DNA from: an uncultured Bacilli bacterium | GTDB lineage: Bacteria; Bacillota_I; Bacilli_A; RF39; UBA660 | Length of the DNA stretch: 64,000 bases | Direction of reading: 5' to 3' | Assembly: GCA_934086935.1 (NCBI GenBank) | Contig: CAKOIQ010000003.1 | Coordinates: forward strand, 5,528-69,527 | Shown here: one piece after another, positions 40,229 through 48,992 of the stretch | How the letters are laid out: each line of letters starts with the position of its first letter | How positions within the stretch are numbered: position 1 is the stretch's first letter | Program-made: the position numbers and the translations under genes | The notes under the pieces: model-generated | Databases searched by the model: none | Seen by the model: only the letters and a program-made list of their open reading frames with translations | What the model was told of the DNA's origin: nothing

Positions 40229-40267
40229 GATTTCCTCCTGTTTTAATTATAACATAATACTTACTTA

Positions 40268-40690
40268 TTATCTTTTATTTTCCCAAAATTTTTCAATTAT
40301 TTTTTTATATTTTTTTATATTACTTTCATTTCTTTTTTCATCGATTTGAAAAAAGTTAGTCTTATTATATATTTTTTTAGATTTTAATCGTGGAACTAAA
40401 TAAAATACCTTGTCTATCCTACTTTCTTTTATAACATTTTTGCACATTTCACATGGTTCAATTGTTACATATAGCGTACAATTGTTCAATCTCCAATTTT
40501 TTAATTTTTTATTAGCTTTTGTAATCACTTTAATTTCGGCATGATCAATAGTTTTATTACTACGATTTCTTGTATTATGGGCTTTAGCAATAATTTTATC
40601 ATTATGTACGATTATTGCGGCTACAGGCACTTCATCTTTTTTTAGTGATTTGCAAGATAGTTTTATCAATTCATCTATGTATTGTTCCAT
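40268..40690 (-). CDS. tadA: tRNA-specific adenosine deaminase TadA
   Basis: 140 aa with deaminase zinc motifs HAE and PCEMC. Adjacent to SRP RNA and dnaX as in Bacillus. Confidence 0.88.
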   Translation of the reverse strand: MEQYIDELIKLSCKSLKKDEVPVAAIIVHNDKIIAKAHNTRNRSNKTIDHAEIKVITKANKKLKNWRLNNCTLYVTIEPCEMCKNVIKESRIDKVFYLVPRLKSKKIYNKTNFFQIDEKRNESNIKKYKKIIEKFWENKR

Positions 40691-40708
40691 AATTACTCCT
40701 TAAAAAAA

Positions 40709-40782
40709 GCGCACATACATAGAGGCAAATATGGCTGCTTTCTTCCGAATCTGACCAGGTTATTGCATTTGTATTGCGCATG
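40709..40782 (-). ncRNA. ffs: signal recognition particle RNA, short (4.5S-like) form
   Basis: Minus strand CATGCGCAATACAAATGCAATAACCTGGTCAGATTCGGAAGAAAGCAGCCATATTTGCCTCTATGTATGTGCGC + TTTTTTT. It contains the conserved domain IV core (GGUCAG..CGGAAG.AAGCAGCC with a GGAA tetraloop) closed by a long imperfect helix. End coordinates are approximate. Confidence 0.8.
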
Positions 40783-40866
40783 TATAATATAGCATATTTT
40801 AATTACATATTTCAATAATTTATTGTTTACAAATTTTAATAATTTGTATTTTTTATTTTTTGTTAA

Positions 40867-40882
40867 TGTTTCACGTGAAACA
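40867..40882. other. parS site 1 (perfect TGTTTCACGTGAAACA)
   Basis: 16/16 match to the Firmicute parS consensus TGTTNCACGTGAAACA. The palindrome extends to ATGTTTCACGTGAAACAT. Confidence 0.8.
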
Positions 40883-40991
40883 TATGTGGATATCTTTATT
40901 ATTAAATTAAGTAGTAATTAAGTAGTTATATATAAAATAAATATTTTTTAAATTAATCAATAAAGTTTTTTTATTAATGCATGTTGTATAA

Positions 40992-41007
40992 TGTTTCACG
41001 TGAAACA
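40992..41007. other. parS site 2 (perfect)
   Basis: TGTTTCACGTGAAACA, 125 bp from site 1. Confidence 0.8.
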
Positions 41008-41115
41008 TTGTGGACAATTTAGATATTCTGTTTAATGTACTTTTTATACTAAGATAAATTAATTAATTTTTAGCAAATTAATTTCAATAATTTGCCATAG
41101 TATGTAGAAATTATA

Positions 41116-41131
41116 TGTTTTACGTGAAACA
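41116..41131. other. parS site 3 (15/16)
   Basis: TGTTTTACGTGAAACA, 124 bp from site 2. Confidence 0.7.
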
Positions 41132-41193
41132 ATTGTTGAAATAATTGCTAATTTTTAAAATCTGTAGATTTTTTTGACTCTTTTATAGTTGAA

Positions 41194-41211
41194 TTATTTC
41201 CCGGGAAATAA
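41194..41211. other. Noc-binding-site (NBS)-type palindrome
   Basis: TTATTTCCCGGGAAATAA is a perfect 18-bp palindrome. Its core ATTTCCCGGGAAAT equals the B. subtilis NBS consensus as I recall it. Confidence 0.6.
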
Positions 41212-41223
41212 TTTTTGTGTATA

Positions 41224-41239
41224 TGTATCACGTTAACAT
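41224..41239. other. decayed parS-type element
   Basis: TGTATCACGTTAACAT keeps the left half-site apart from one substitution. The right half has an apparent 1-nt deletion. It sits in the phase expected for a parS unit. Confidence 0.5.
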
Positions 41240-41352
41240 ACATTATTATTAATCAATATATACAATTTTTTATTATTATGATGAAATAAAGCAATTTTTA
41301 AATATTTATCTTTTTGCAAATTAATTTCAATAATTTGCATTTTTTTTACTTA

Positions 41353-41368
41353 TGTTTCACGTGAAACA
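41353..41368. other. parS site 5 (perfect)
   Basis: TGTTTCACGTGAAACA followed by T and TGTGGATAT. Confidence 0.8.
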
Positions 41369-41459
41369 TTGTGGATATCTCAATCCTTTATTATTTTTTA
41401 TTCAAATTTGTTTTTTCTGTTAACTAATTACAATAATTTGCCTATTTTTGGTGTTGAAA

Positions 41460-41475
41460 TGTTTCACGTGAAACA
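41460..41475. other. parS site 6 (perfect, within a 24-bp palindrome)
   Basis: GAAATGTTTCACGTGAAACATTTC (41456-41479), about 25 bp downstream of the gyrA stop. Confidence 0.8.
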
Positions 41476-41500
41476 TTTCAATAAATAAAAGAGATAGCTA

Positions 41501-44074
41501 TTATGCTACCTCTTCATTTTCTTCTGGCTCATTTAGTACTAAACTAATTGTTGATACTATTTGATTATCTTTTAGATTAATTAATCTCGTTCCTTGAGTT
41601 ACTCGACCTAACTGTGAAATTTGATCTAAAGGTATTCTAATAATAATTCCATTATTAGTTATAATCATCAAGTCATTATTTTCTTCAAATCGTTTAATTG
41701 CAGCAATATTTCCATTCTTTTCAGTAATATTTAATGCTTTTACGCCTTTGCTGCCACGTTTTGTCTTGCGGTACTCACTGATATGTGTTTTTTTACCATA
41801 GCCTTTTTCAGTAACAATAATAATATTGTCATCTGCTTTTGCAGTTTCTAATCCTACGCATTTTCCGTTTTCTAAACTAATGCCTCTAACTCCGCTTGCT
41901 GTACGTCCCATTATTCTGACTTCTTCTTCATTAAATACAGCTATTCTTCCAGTGGATGAAGCCATTATAACATCGCATTCACCATCAGTCTTTTTAACTC
42001 CTATTAATTCATCATTTTCTTTTAAACTAATGCAAAGTTTTCCGCTCTTTCTAATATTATCAAATTCCTCAATTTTGGTACGTTTTACTAGACCACTCTT
42101 TGTAGCAAATAACAAATATTTGCTATCATCTGAAGGAGAATAACTTAACATTGATGTAATATGTTCATCCTTTTCAATTTGAAGCAAGTTAATTATAGGT
42201 ATTCCTTTTGATGTTCTTCCAAATTCAGGGATTTCATATCCTTTTACTCTATAAACTTTTCCTTTATTTGTAAAGAATGTTAAATAATCATGTGTATTTA
42301 AATTAAGCAAGTATTCAACAAAATCTTCTTCATTAGTTGACATTCCCTTTACACCTACACCACCTCTATTTTGAAGCTTGTAGTTATCAACATTATTTCT
42401 CTTAATGTATCCTTTATTTGTTAATGAAACTATTATGTTTTCTTGTGGAATAAGAGATTCATCTTCTATAAAATCTATGGCTGTCATATCTATTGTTGTT
42501 CTACGATCATCAGAATATTTATTCTTAATTTCTGTTAATTCATCTTTAATTATTTGTAATACTCTTGCCTCACTAGCTAAAATATCTTTTAAATCAGCTA
42601 TTATTTTTAATAATGCTGCCAATTCTTCATCAATTTTACTTCTTTCTAAGCCGGTTAATCGTCTTAATTTTAATTCAAGGATGCTTTCTGCTTGAATTAA
42701 TGATAAATTAAATCTTTCTATTAATGTATTTTTAGCAATTTCATCAGTTTCAGCGTTTTTGATTATTCTAATTACTTCATCAATATTATCTAAAGCAATT
42801 TTATATCCCTCTAAAATATGTACTCTATTTTCTGATTTATTTAAATCAAATCTAGTTCTTCTTATTATTACTTCTTTTTGGTAATCAATATATTTTGATA
42901 TAATATCTTTTAAAGGTAATGTTTTTGGTGTTAATCCATCTAACATTAAGAACATAATACTAAAATTTGTTTGAAATTGTGTATGTTTGTACAATTGATT
43001 TAAAATTACTTGAGGATTTGCATCCTTTTTTAAAGTTATTGTAATTGTTAATCCATTTTTTAGGTCTGTATGATAATCTGAGATACCATCTATTGTCTTA
43101 TTATGAACTAATTCTGCTACTTTTTCTTGTAATTCTTTAGTGTTTACGCCATAAGGAACTTCTGTTATTACTATACAATTGTGACCTTTTACTTCTTCAA
43201 TTCTAGCTTTACTTCTGATTGTAATTGTTCCTTTTCCAGTTTCATAAGCTTGTTTAATACCGGAATTTCCTAAAATTATGCCTCCTGTAGGAAAATCTGG
43301 ACCTTTAATAAAGTGCATTAATCCCATAGTATCAATATCGGGATTATCTATGTAAGCTATACATCCATCTATTACTTCTCCTAGATTATGTGGAGGAATA
43401 TTTGTTGCCATACCTACGGCGATACCCATGGTACCATTAACTAATATATTAGGAAATCTTGATGGTAAAACTCGTGGTTCTTTAGTGGAATCATCAAAGT
43501 TTGGATCAAAATCTACAGTATTTTTATTAATATCTCTTAACATTTCAAGGGATATTTTTGATAATCTACCTTCTGTATAACGATATGCAGCTGCTGAGTC
43601 ACCTTCGATTGTACCAAAGTTTCCGTGTCCATCAACTAGCATATATCTTTCAGCAAATTTTTGAGCTAATCTTACCATTGCATCATAAATTGATGAGTCT
43701 CCATGTGGATGATAATGTCCCATAACGTATCCGACTGTTGTTGCAGATTTTCTATGTGGTTTATCTGGAGTATATCCACATTCATACATAGACCATAAAA
43801 TACGGCGATGTACTGGCTTTAAACCATCTCTTAGGTCTGGTAATGCACGGGAAGCAATTACGCTTACAGAATAGTCTAAAAATGATGATTTTACTTCTTC
43901 TACAATATTATTTTCTGTTATTTTATCTTTTCCAGTTAATTCAGTATCAATTAAAGAATATTCTTCATCAAGTTCTTCTTCAGTATTATCAATATTGTCA
44001 TCAGCAATTTCAGGATTTTTATTGCTATCTAACTCTTGATTGTTAATAATATTATTTTTTTCTTCTTCTGTCAT
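41501..44074 (-). CDS. gyrA: DNA gyrase subunit A
   Basis: 857 aa. [19 protein letters not shown], active-site region AAYRYTE and C-terminal beta-pinwheel repeats. An acidic extension of about 45 aa precedes the conserved N-terminus. Confidence 0.97.
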   Translation of the reverse strand: MTEEEKNNIINNQELDSNKNPEIADDNIDNTEEELDEEYSLIDTELTGKDKITENNIVEEVKSSFLDYSVSVIASRALPDLRDGLKPVHRRILWSMYECGYTPDKPHRKSATTVGYVMGHYHPHGDSSIYDAMVRLAQKFAERYMLVDGHGNFGTIEGDSAAAYRYTEGRLSKISLEMLRDINKNTVDFDPNFDDSTKEPRVLPSRFPNILVNGTMGIAVGMATNIPPHNLGEVIDGCIAYIDNPDIDTMGLMHFIKGPDFPTGGIILGNSGIKQAYETGKGTITIRSKARIEEVKGHNCIVITEVPYGVNTKELQEKVAELVHNKTIDGISDYHTDLKNGLTITITLKKDANPQVILNQLYKHTQFQTNFSIMFLMLDGLTPKTLPLKDIISKYIDYQKEVIIRRTRFDLNKSENRVHILEGYKIALDNIDEVIRIIKNAETDEIAKNTLIERFNLSLIQAESILELKLRRLTGLERSKIDEELAALLKIIADLKDILASEARVLQIIKDELTEIKNKYSDDRRTTIDMTAIDFIEDESLIPQENIIVSLTNKGYIKRNNVDNYKLQNRGGVGVKGMSTNEEDFVEYLLNLNTHDYLTFFTNKGKVYRVKGYEIPEFGRTSKGIPIINLLQIEKDEHITSMLSYSPSDDSKYLLFATKSGLVKRTKIEEFDNIRKSGKLCISLKENDELIGVKKTDGECDVIMASSTGRIAVFNEEEVRIMGRTASGVRGISLENGKCVGLETAKADDNIIIVTEKGYGKKTHISEYRKTKRGSKGVKALNITEKNGNIAAIKRFEENNDLMIITNNGIIIRIPLDQISQLGRVTQGTRLINLKDNQIVSTISLVLNEPEENEEVA

Positions 44075-44084
44075 CGTTTACCTC

Positions 44085-46013
44085 CTAAATATCAAGATTT
44101 TGTGTAAATCCAGCATTAGCTTCGATAAATTTTCTTCTTGGCTCTACTTCTTCTCCCATTAATTGTGAGAATACTTCATCTGCTGCTATACAATCATCTA
44201 CAGTAATTCTTCTTAAAACTCTTTTATTTATATCCATTGTTGTTTCATTTAATTCATCTGGGTCCATTTCACCTAAACCTTTATTTCTAGTTATTTCAAC
44301 TCTAGAACGTAGATTTTCTGGTAAACTTGATATATATTTTTCTCTTTCTTCTTCAGTAAGAACATATTTTCTTGTTTTACCATGAGTTATTCTATATAAA
44401 GGTGGTTGTGCTGCATAAACATGGCCTTGTTGAACAATTGGTTTAAATAAGCGATAAAATAATGTTAATAATAATACTCTAATATGAGCACCATCGACAT
44501 CGGCATCGGTCATAATTATAATTTTGTTATATCTTAATTTAGAAATATCAAATTCTTGTCCTATTCCAGTACCAAATGCAGTGATAATAGAACGTATTTC
44601 TTCATTACTTAAGGCACGATCTAATCTATTTTTTTCAACATTTAATATTTTACCTTTTAATGGAAGAATAGCTTGAGTCATTGCGTCTCTACCTTCTTTA
44701 GCAGAGCCACCAGCTGAATCTCCCTCGACTATAAATATTTCAGTTTCTAATGGATCTTTACTTTTACAATCAGATAATTTACCAAATGTATTTATTCTTT
44801 GTAAATCGCCTTTTCTTTCGATTTCTCTTGCTTTCTTAGCTGCATTTCTTGCACGAGAAGCAAGTAGAGCTTTATCGATGATAATTTTAGCATCAGTTGG
44901 ATTTTCCATTAAGAATCTATCGAATCCTTTAGAGAATACACTATCTGCTAGTTTTCTAACTTCTGAATTACCTAATCTACCTTTTGTTTGTCCTTCAAAT
45001 TGAGGATTTGGATGTTTACAAGAGATAATCATTGTTAAACCTTCTTTAACGTCATCTCCTGTTAATGATTCATCTTTTTCTTTTAGTATATTATTTTTGC
45101 GAGCATAATTATTAATAATTCTTGTTAAAGCTCTTCTTACACCCTCTTCATGAGTTCCGCCATCGTGGGTATTAATGTTATTAACAAATGAATAAATATT
45201 ATCTGTATATCCATTGTTGTATTGCATTGCAACTTCAAAGAAAATACCGTCTTCTGAACCTTCTACATGGATAATATCATCATGTATAGGTGTTTTATTT
45301 TGATTTAAATATTTTACATATTCTTTTATTCCACCTTCATATAAGAATGTTTCTCCTGTAGTATCTTTTTCGTCACGATCGTCTCTTAGTGTTAATCTTA
45401 ATCCTTTATTTAAAAATGCTAATTCTCTAATACGAACTCTTAAAGTATCATAATCATATATTTCTGTATCAAATATTTCAGGGTCTGGTTTAAATGAAAC
45501 GGTGGTTCCTGTTCTATTTGATTCGCATGTTCCTATTTCTGTTAATTTTTGTGAAGTTTTACCACCATTTACAAATTTTGCTTCATATATTTTGCAATCT
45601 TTATAAACAGTTACTGTTACCCACTTAGATAAGGCATTAACAACTGATGCACCTACTCCGTGTAGTCCGCCTGATACCTTGTATCCACCGCCACCAAATT
45701 TTCCACCGGCGTGTAACACTGTATAAACAGTTTCTACTGTTGAAATCCCTGTTTTAGGGTGAATTCCTACTGGGATACCTCTACCATCGTCTTTAACTGT
45801 TATTGAATTATCTTTATTAATAATGATTTCTATGTTGTTACAATATCCAGCTAACGCTTCATCAATTGAGTTATCTACAATTTCCCATACTAAATGATGT
45901 AAACCTTTTACGTCGGTTGTCCCAATGTACATACCCGGACGTTTTCTTACGGCCTCTAATCCTTCTAATACTTGAATATCGCTTTCTGAATAGTGTTCAC
46001 TCTGATTATTCAT
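44085..46013 (-). CDS. gyrB: DNA gyrase subunit B
   Basis: 642 aa. [20 protein letters not shown] ATPase motifs, Toprim EGDSAGG and [10 protein letters not shown]. Confidence 0.97.
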   Translation of the reverse strand: MNNQSEHYSESDIQVLEGLEAVRKRPGMYIGTTDVKGLHHLVWEIVDNSIDEALAGYCNNIEIIINKDNSITVKDDGRGIPVGIHPKTGISTVETVYTVLHAGGKFGGGGYKVSGGLHGVGASVVNALSKWVTVTVYKDCKIYEAKFVNGGKTSQKLTEIGTCESNRTGTTVSFKPDPEIFDTEIYDYDTLRVRIRELAFLNKGLRLTLRDDRDEKDTTGETFLYEGGIKEYVKYLNQNKTPIHDDIIHVEGSEDGIFFEVAMQYNNGYTDNIYSFVNNINTHDGGTHEEGVRRALTRIINNYARKNNILKEKDESLTGDDVKEGLTMIISCKHPNPQFEGQTKGRLGNSEVRKLADSVFSKGFDRFLMENPTDAKIIIDKALLASRARNAAKKAREIERKGDLQRINTFGKLSDCKSKDPLETEIFIVEGDSAGGSAKEGRDAMTQAILPLKGKILNVEKNRLDRALSNEEIRSIITAFGTGIGQEFDISKLRYNKIIIMTDADVDGAHIRVLLLTLFYRLFKPIVQQGHVYAAQPPLYRITHGKTRKYVLTEEEREKYISSLPENLRSRVEITRNKGLGEMDPDELNETTMDINKRVLRRITVDDCIAADEVFSQLMGEEVEPRRKFIEANAGFTQNLDI

Positions 46014-47106
46014 ATTTCTTAACCTCTACTTTCTTGTTGGATATTTTTATTACACTACAATCTTTTAATAGTTTTTTATTAACTTTATCTATATCAGTTG
46101 TAGTTATAAATATTTGAAAACTTTTTTTAAAGTTACCTATTAAGGTATTTATTTTTTTATTATCTAATTCACTAAATAAATCATCTAAGATTAAAATTGG
46201 TGTTTTACCAGTATTGTTAATACAATATTTTATTTCTGCTAACTTAAATGATATAATAGCATTTTTTTGTTCTCCTTCAGATAGGTAATTTTTTGCTTCT
46301 TTACCATTTTCTATTTCAAAAATAAAATCATCTAAGTGAATTCCAACATGGGTCATACCATAATTTAAATCTCTTTTAAAACTTTTATTGTATTCTTTTA
46401 TTAAATCATTTTTGGTTTTGTCATTATAATGAGATACATAATTAATTTTAAGATTTGATTTTTTTACAGATTTATAAAATATTGGTCCTAAATATTCATT
46501 TATTTCATCAATATATTGTTTTCTGATATGATTTATTTTTAATCCGATATCAATTAATTTATCTGACATTATATCTAAATAATCTTTTGGTATAGTGCTA
46601 TTAATAAGCATTGATTTTAAATACATATTACGCTGTTTCATAATTTTATTATAAATACTTAATAATTTTAAATATTCATTATTAAATTCTGATAATTCCA
46701 TATTTATTAGTTTACGATGAGTACTAGGATTGTCTTTAATCAATTTTGAGTCTTCTCTATTAAATAAAACAACATTTAGTTTAGATATATAATCACTTAT
46801 TTTAGTCACTGAAGAATTATCAATTTTAATATTTTTACCCTTTTTATTAATGACAATTTTATAATTATTATAAATTTTATCTTTTATTCTTCCTTCAATA
46901 ACAGCAAATTCGTTGTTATCTTTGATTAAATTCTGATCATCATTAGATCTAAATGATTTCGTTAAAGCTAAATAATAAATTGCTTCGACTATGTTTGTTT
47001 TTCCAACTCCGTTATTACCTATTATGATATTTTTGTAATCTGAAAAAGATAAATCTAATTTTTCATAATTTCGAAAATTTGTAAGTTTTAGATTAGTGAT
47101 TTTCAT
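46006..47106 (-). CDS. recF: DNA replication and repair protein RecF
   Basis: FRNY, Walker [10 protein letters not shown], signature SEGEQK and Walker B ILILDD. Overlaps gyrB by 8 nt. No remB/yaaB gene lies in between. Confidence 0.95.
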   Translation of the reverse strand: MKITNLKLTNFRNYEKLDLSFSDYKNIIIGNNGVGKTNIVEAIYYLALTKSFRSNDDQNLIKDNNEFAVIEGRIKDKIYNNYKIVINKKGKNIKIDNSSVTKISDYISKLNVVLFNREDSKLIKDNPSTHRKLINMELSEFNNEYLKLLSIYNKIMKQRNMYLKSMLINSTIPKDYLDIMSDKLIDIGLKINHIRKQYIDEINEYLGPIFYKSVKKSNLKINYVSHYNDKTKNDLIKEYNKSFKRDLNYGMTHVGIHLDDFIFEIENGKEAKNYLSEGEQKNAIISFKLAEIKYCINNTGKTPILILDDLFSELDNKKINTLIGNFKKSFQIFITTTDIDKVNKKLLKDCSVIKISNKKVEVKKYE

Positions 47107-47129
47107 TTTAAACCCTCTTTTAAAGTCAT

Positions 47130-47170
47130 ATAATAATAAAATAGGTATAACTGAGTCCCTATACCTATTT
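47130..47170 (-). terminator. terminator after the comK-like gene
   Basis: Minus strand AAATAGGTATA-GGGACTCAGT-TATACCTATTT followed by TATTATTAT. Confidence 0.55.
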
Positions 47171-47203
47171 AATTATATCATAAAATTTACTATGTTTAAA
47201 CAA

Positions 47204-47653
47204 TTATTTATTGTTTTTTCTGTTTTTAAAAGCTGTTTCTAATGATAATGATTTTAAATATTGATTTTGAATTATTCTATATGATGAATCAATTTCAATA
47301 CACTCATTATTTAAGAATTCAATTATACTTTTTTCTGATTTAGAATGAACCTTTTTTATGTTATTAACATTAATCCAAGCACATTCTTTTAATCTTGGTG
47401 AACAAGTTGGGAAAAAAATAATATTTCTATCTTCTTCAACTATTATTGGTGCTTTATAATTAAACCCTGTTAATGAATAAGTACCCTGTATTCTACCAGC
47501 AATACTACTTCCATAGTATTTACAATTTGAATCCATTATTTTTGATATTTTTTCATCAACAATGTAACACTCATGATCTTCATAAACTACGGTTTTCTTT
47601 TTTCCAATTGGAATTAAGGCAAGCGTATTTTTATTAATCTCATAATCTTTCAT
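47204..47653 (-). CDS. comK: ComK-family competence transcription factor
   Basis: YEINKNTLALIP...IMDSNCKYYGSSIAGRIQGTYSLTGFNYKAPIIVEE..NIIFFPTCSPRLKECAWIN...YRIIQNQY aligns along its length with B. subtilis ComK (SCRFFGSSYAGR...K.PI.V....IFLFPT.S....C.WI). Start trimmed to MKDYEIN (ATG 47653), preceded by GGGGGTGA. Confidence 0.85.
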   Translation of the reverse strand: MKDYEINKNTLALIPIGKKKTVVYEDHECYIVDEKISKIMDSNCKYYGSSIAGRIQGTYSLTGFNYKAPIIVEEDRNIIFFPTCSPRLKECAWINVNNIKKVHSKSEKSIIEFLNNECIEIDSSYRIIQNQYLKSLSLETAFKNRKNNK

Positions 47654-47692
47654 AACTTCACCCCCTGTTGGGATACAATTAAAACACTTTTT

Positions 47693-47722
47693 TTTGTCGA
47701 AATTTGTCGAATTTTGTCGAAA
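47693..47722. promoter_or_regulatory. three tandem Spo0A-box (TGTCGAA) direct repeats at 10-bp phasing
   Basis: TTTGTCGAA occurs at 47693-47701, 47703-47711 and 47713-47721. Each contains a perfect 0A box TGTCGAA (consensus TGNCGAA). They lie 40-69 nt upstream of the comK-like start codon and just past the dnaN terminator. Confidence 0.6.
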
Positions 47723-47734
47723 AACTAACATTTT

Positions 47735-47765
47735 TGCAAAAAAAAATGAGTTTTTTGCTCATTTT
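47735..47765 (-). terminator. terminator at the end of dnaN
   Basis: Minus strand AAAATGAG-CAAAAAA-CTCATTTT followed by TTTTTGC. The stem overlaps the dnaN stop codon. Confidence 0.6.
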
Positions 47766-48879
47766 AATATGTTTTTATAGGTAATATTAGTTGAATTAAT
47801 GTTTCATCTTTGGTCGATTTTAATATAATAGGACTTGAATCATTATTTAAGAAAATTATTAACTCTTCATCCTCAAAAGTTTTTAGAGCATCAATCATAT
47901 ATTTAGAACTAAATGAAATTGAAATATCCTGTTCATTTGATTTATTAATTAAAATACTTTCTTCAGATTTACCTATTTCACTTGCATATGATGAAATTAA
48001 TAATTCTGTATTATTTGTTTCCATTTTTATAATATTTTTATCTTTATTTTGAGTTAATAATGCTGCTCTATCTATAGCATTATAATAATCATTTAATGAT
48101 GTTGTAATAACATAATCGAATTTTGTTGGAATTAAGTTATTAGTATTGGGATAACTTCCACTTAAAAGACTTGATTGAAAAATATAATTCATATACTTAA
48201 AAACTATTTTGTTATTAAATACATGGATTTCCACATCTGATTCATCTGTAATTAATTTATCTAATTCGTTTATATTTTTTCCCGGGATAACTATGTCATG
48301 TGATTCGTAGGCATTATCTAATGTTATTGTTTTTTTAGCAAGACGATAAGAATCTGTTGCAACGCATTCTATGATGTTTCCATTTATTTTAAAATTTATA
48401 CCAGTTAGAATTGGACGAGATTCTTGTGTTGAAACTGCAAATAATGTTTTATTAAATGCTTGTTTTAATGTCGTACTGTTAATAACTATAGGGTTTTCCA
48501 CTTCTTCTAAATTAATATCTGGATAATCAGCAGTGTCTAAGCAATTTAAATTATATATGGTTTTATCTGTACTAATTATAATTTTTAATCCATCTATAAC
48601 TTCAATGTTGATATCTCCATTTGGTAATTTTCTAATTATTTCTAATAAGTATTTACTTTGAATAACTATTTTCCCAGGAATAGCTATATTTTTGATTTTT
48701 TCTTTTGGGATAAAGTTTCTAATAGTTAAATCACTATCACTTGCTGTTAAGTATAAGCCATCTTCTTTTAAATCAAACATAACTCCATTTAATATAGGAA
48801 TAATATTCTTAGGAGAAATAGCTCTCATTACATTTGTTAAACTTTCTAATAAAATGTTTTTTTCAATTAATAATTTCAT
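47764..48879 (-). CDS. dnaN: DNA polymerase III beta sliding clamp
   Basis: 371 aa with a three-domain clamp pattern. Located immediately downstream of dnaA. Confidence 0.95.
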   Translation of the reverse strand: MKLLIEKNILLESLTNVMRAISPKNIIPILNGVMFDLKEDGLYLTASDSDLTIRNFIPKEKIKNIAIPGKIVIQSKYLLEIIRKLPNGDINIEVIDGLKIIISTDKTIYNLNCLDTADYPDINLEEVENPIVINSTTLKQAFNKTLFAVSTQESRPILTGINFKINGNIIECVATDSYRLAKKTITLDNAYESHDIVIPGKNINELDKLITDESDVEIHVFNNKIVFKYMNYIFQSSLLSGSYPNTNNLIPTKFDYVITTSLNDYYNAIDRAALLTQNKDKNIIKMETNNTELLISSYASEIGKSEESILINKSNEQDISISFSSKYMIDALKTFEDEELIIFLNNDSSPIILKSTKDETLIQLILPIKTY

Positions 48880-48992
48880 TTTTATTCCTTCTTTCTAATT
48901 ATTATTATTATTACAGTTGAAAATGTGGAAAACTTAATTAACATCCCTATTTATAAGGATTATTCGATGTTTATTATTTTTAGTTATTAGAA
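48880..48992. other. dnaA-dnaN intergenic part of a probable bipartite oriC
   Basis: AT-rich spacer with a DnaA box TGTGGAAAA (48924-48932, 8/9 to TGTGGATAA), as in Bacillus-type origins. Confidence 0.5.

Larger units (their letters stand above)
40806..41479. repeat. tandem ~107-129 bp repeat array carrying parS-type palindromes (centromere-like array)
   Basis: Six units in non-coding DNA. Each unit is an AT-rich inverted repeat (or an NBS-like palindrome), 12-23 nt, a 16-bp parS-type palindrome, then in three units 1-2 nt and TGTGGA(T/C)A(T/A). Read directly from the sequence. Confidence 0.85.

Noticed and set aside
48277-48290. TTTTCCCGGGATAA inside dnaN, which resembles the NBS core.
   Set aside because: It has three mismatches to ATTTCCCGGGAAAT, is not palindromic beyond CCCGGG, and lies in coding sequence. 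This is insufficient evidence for a Noc site.
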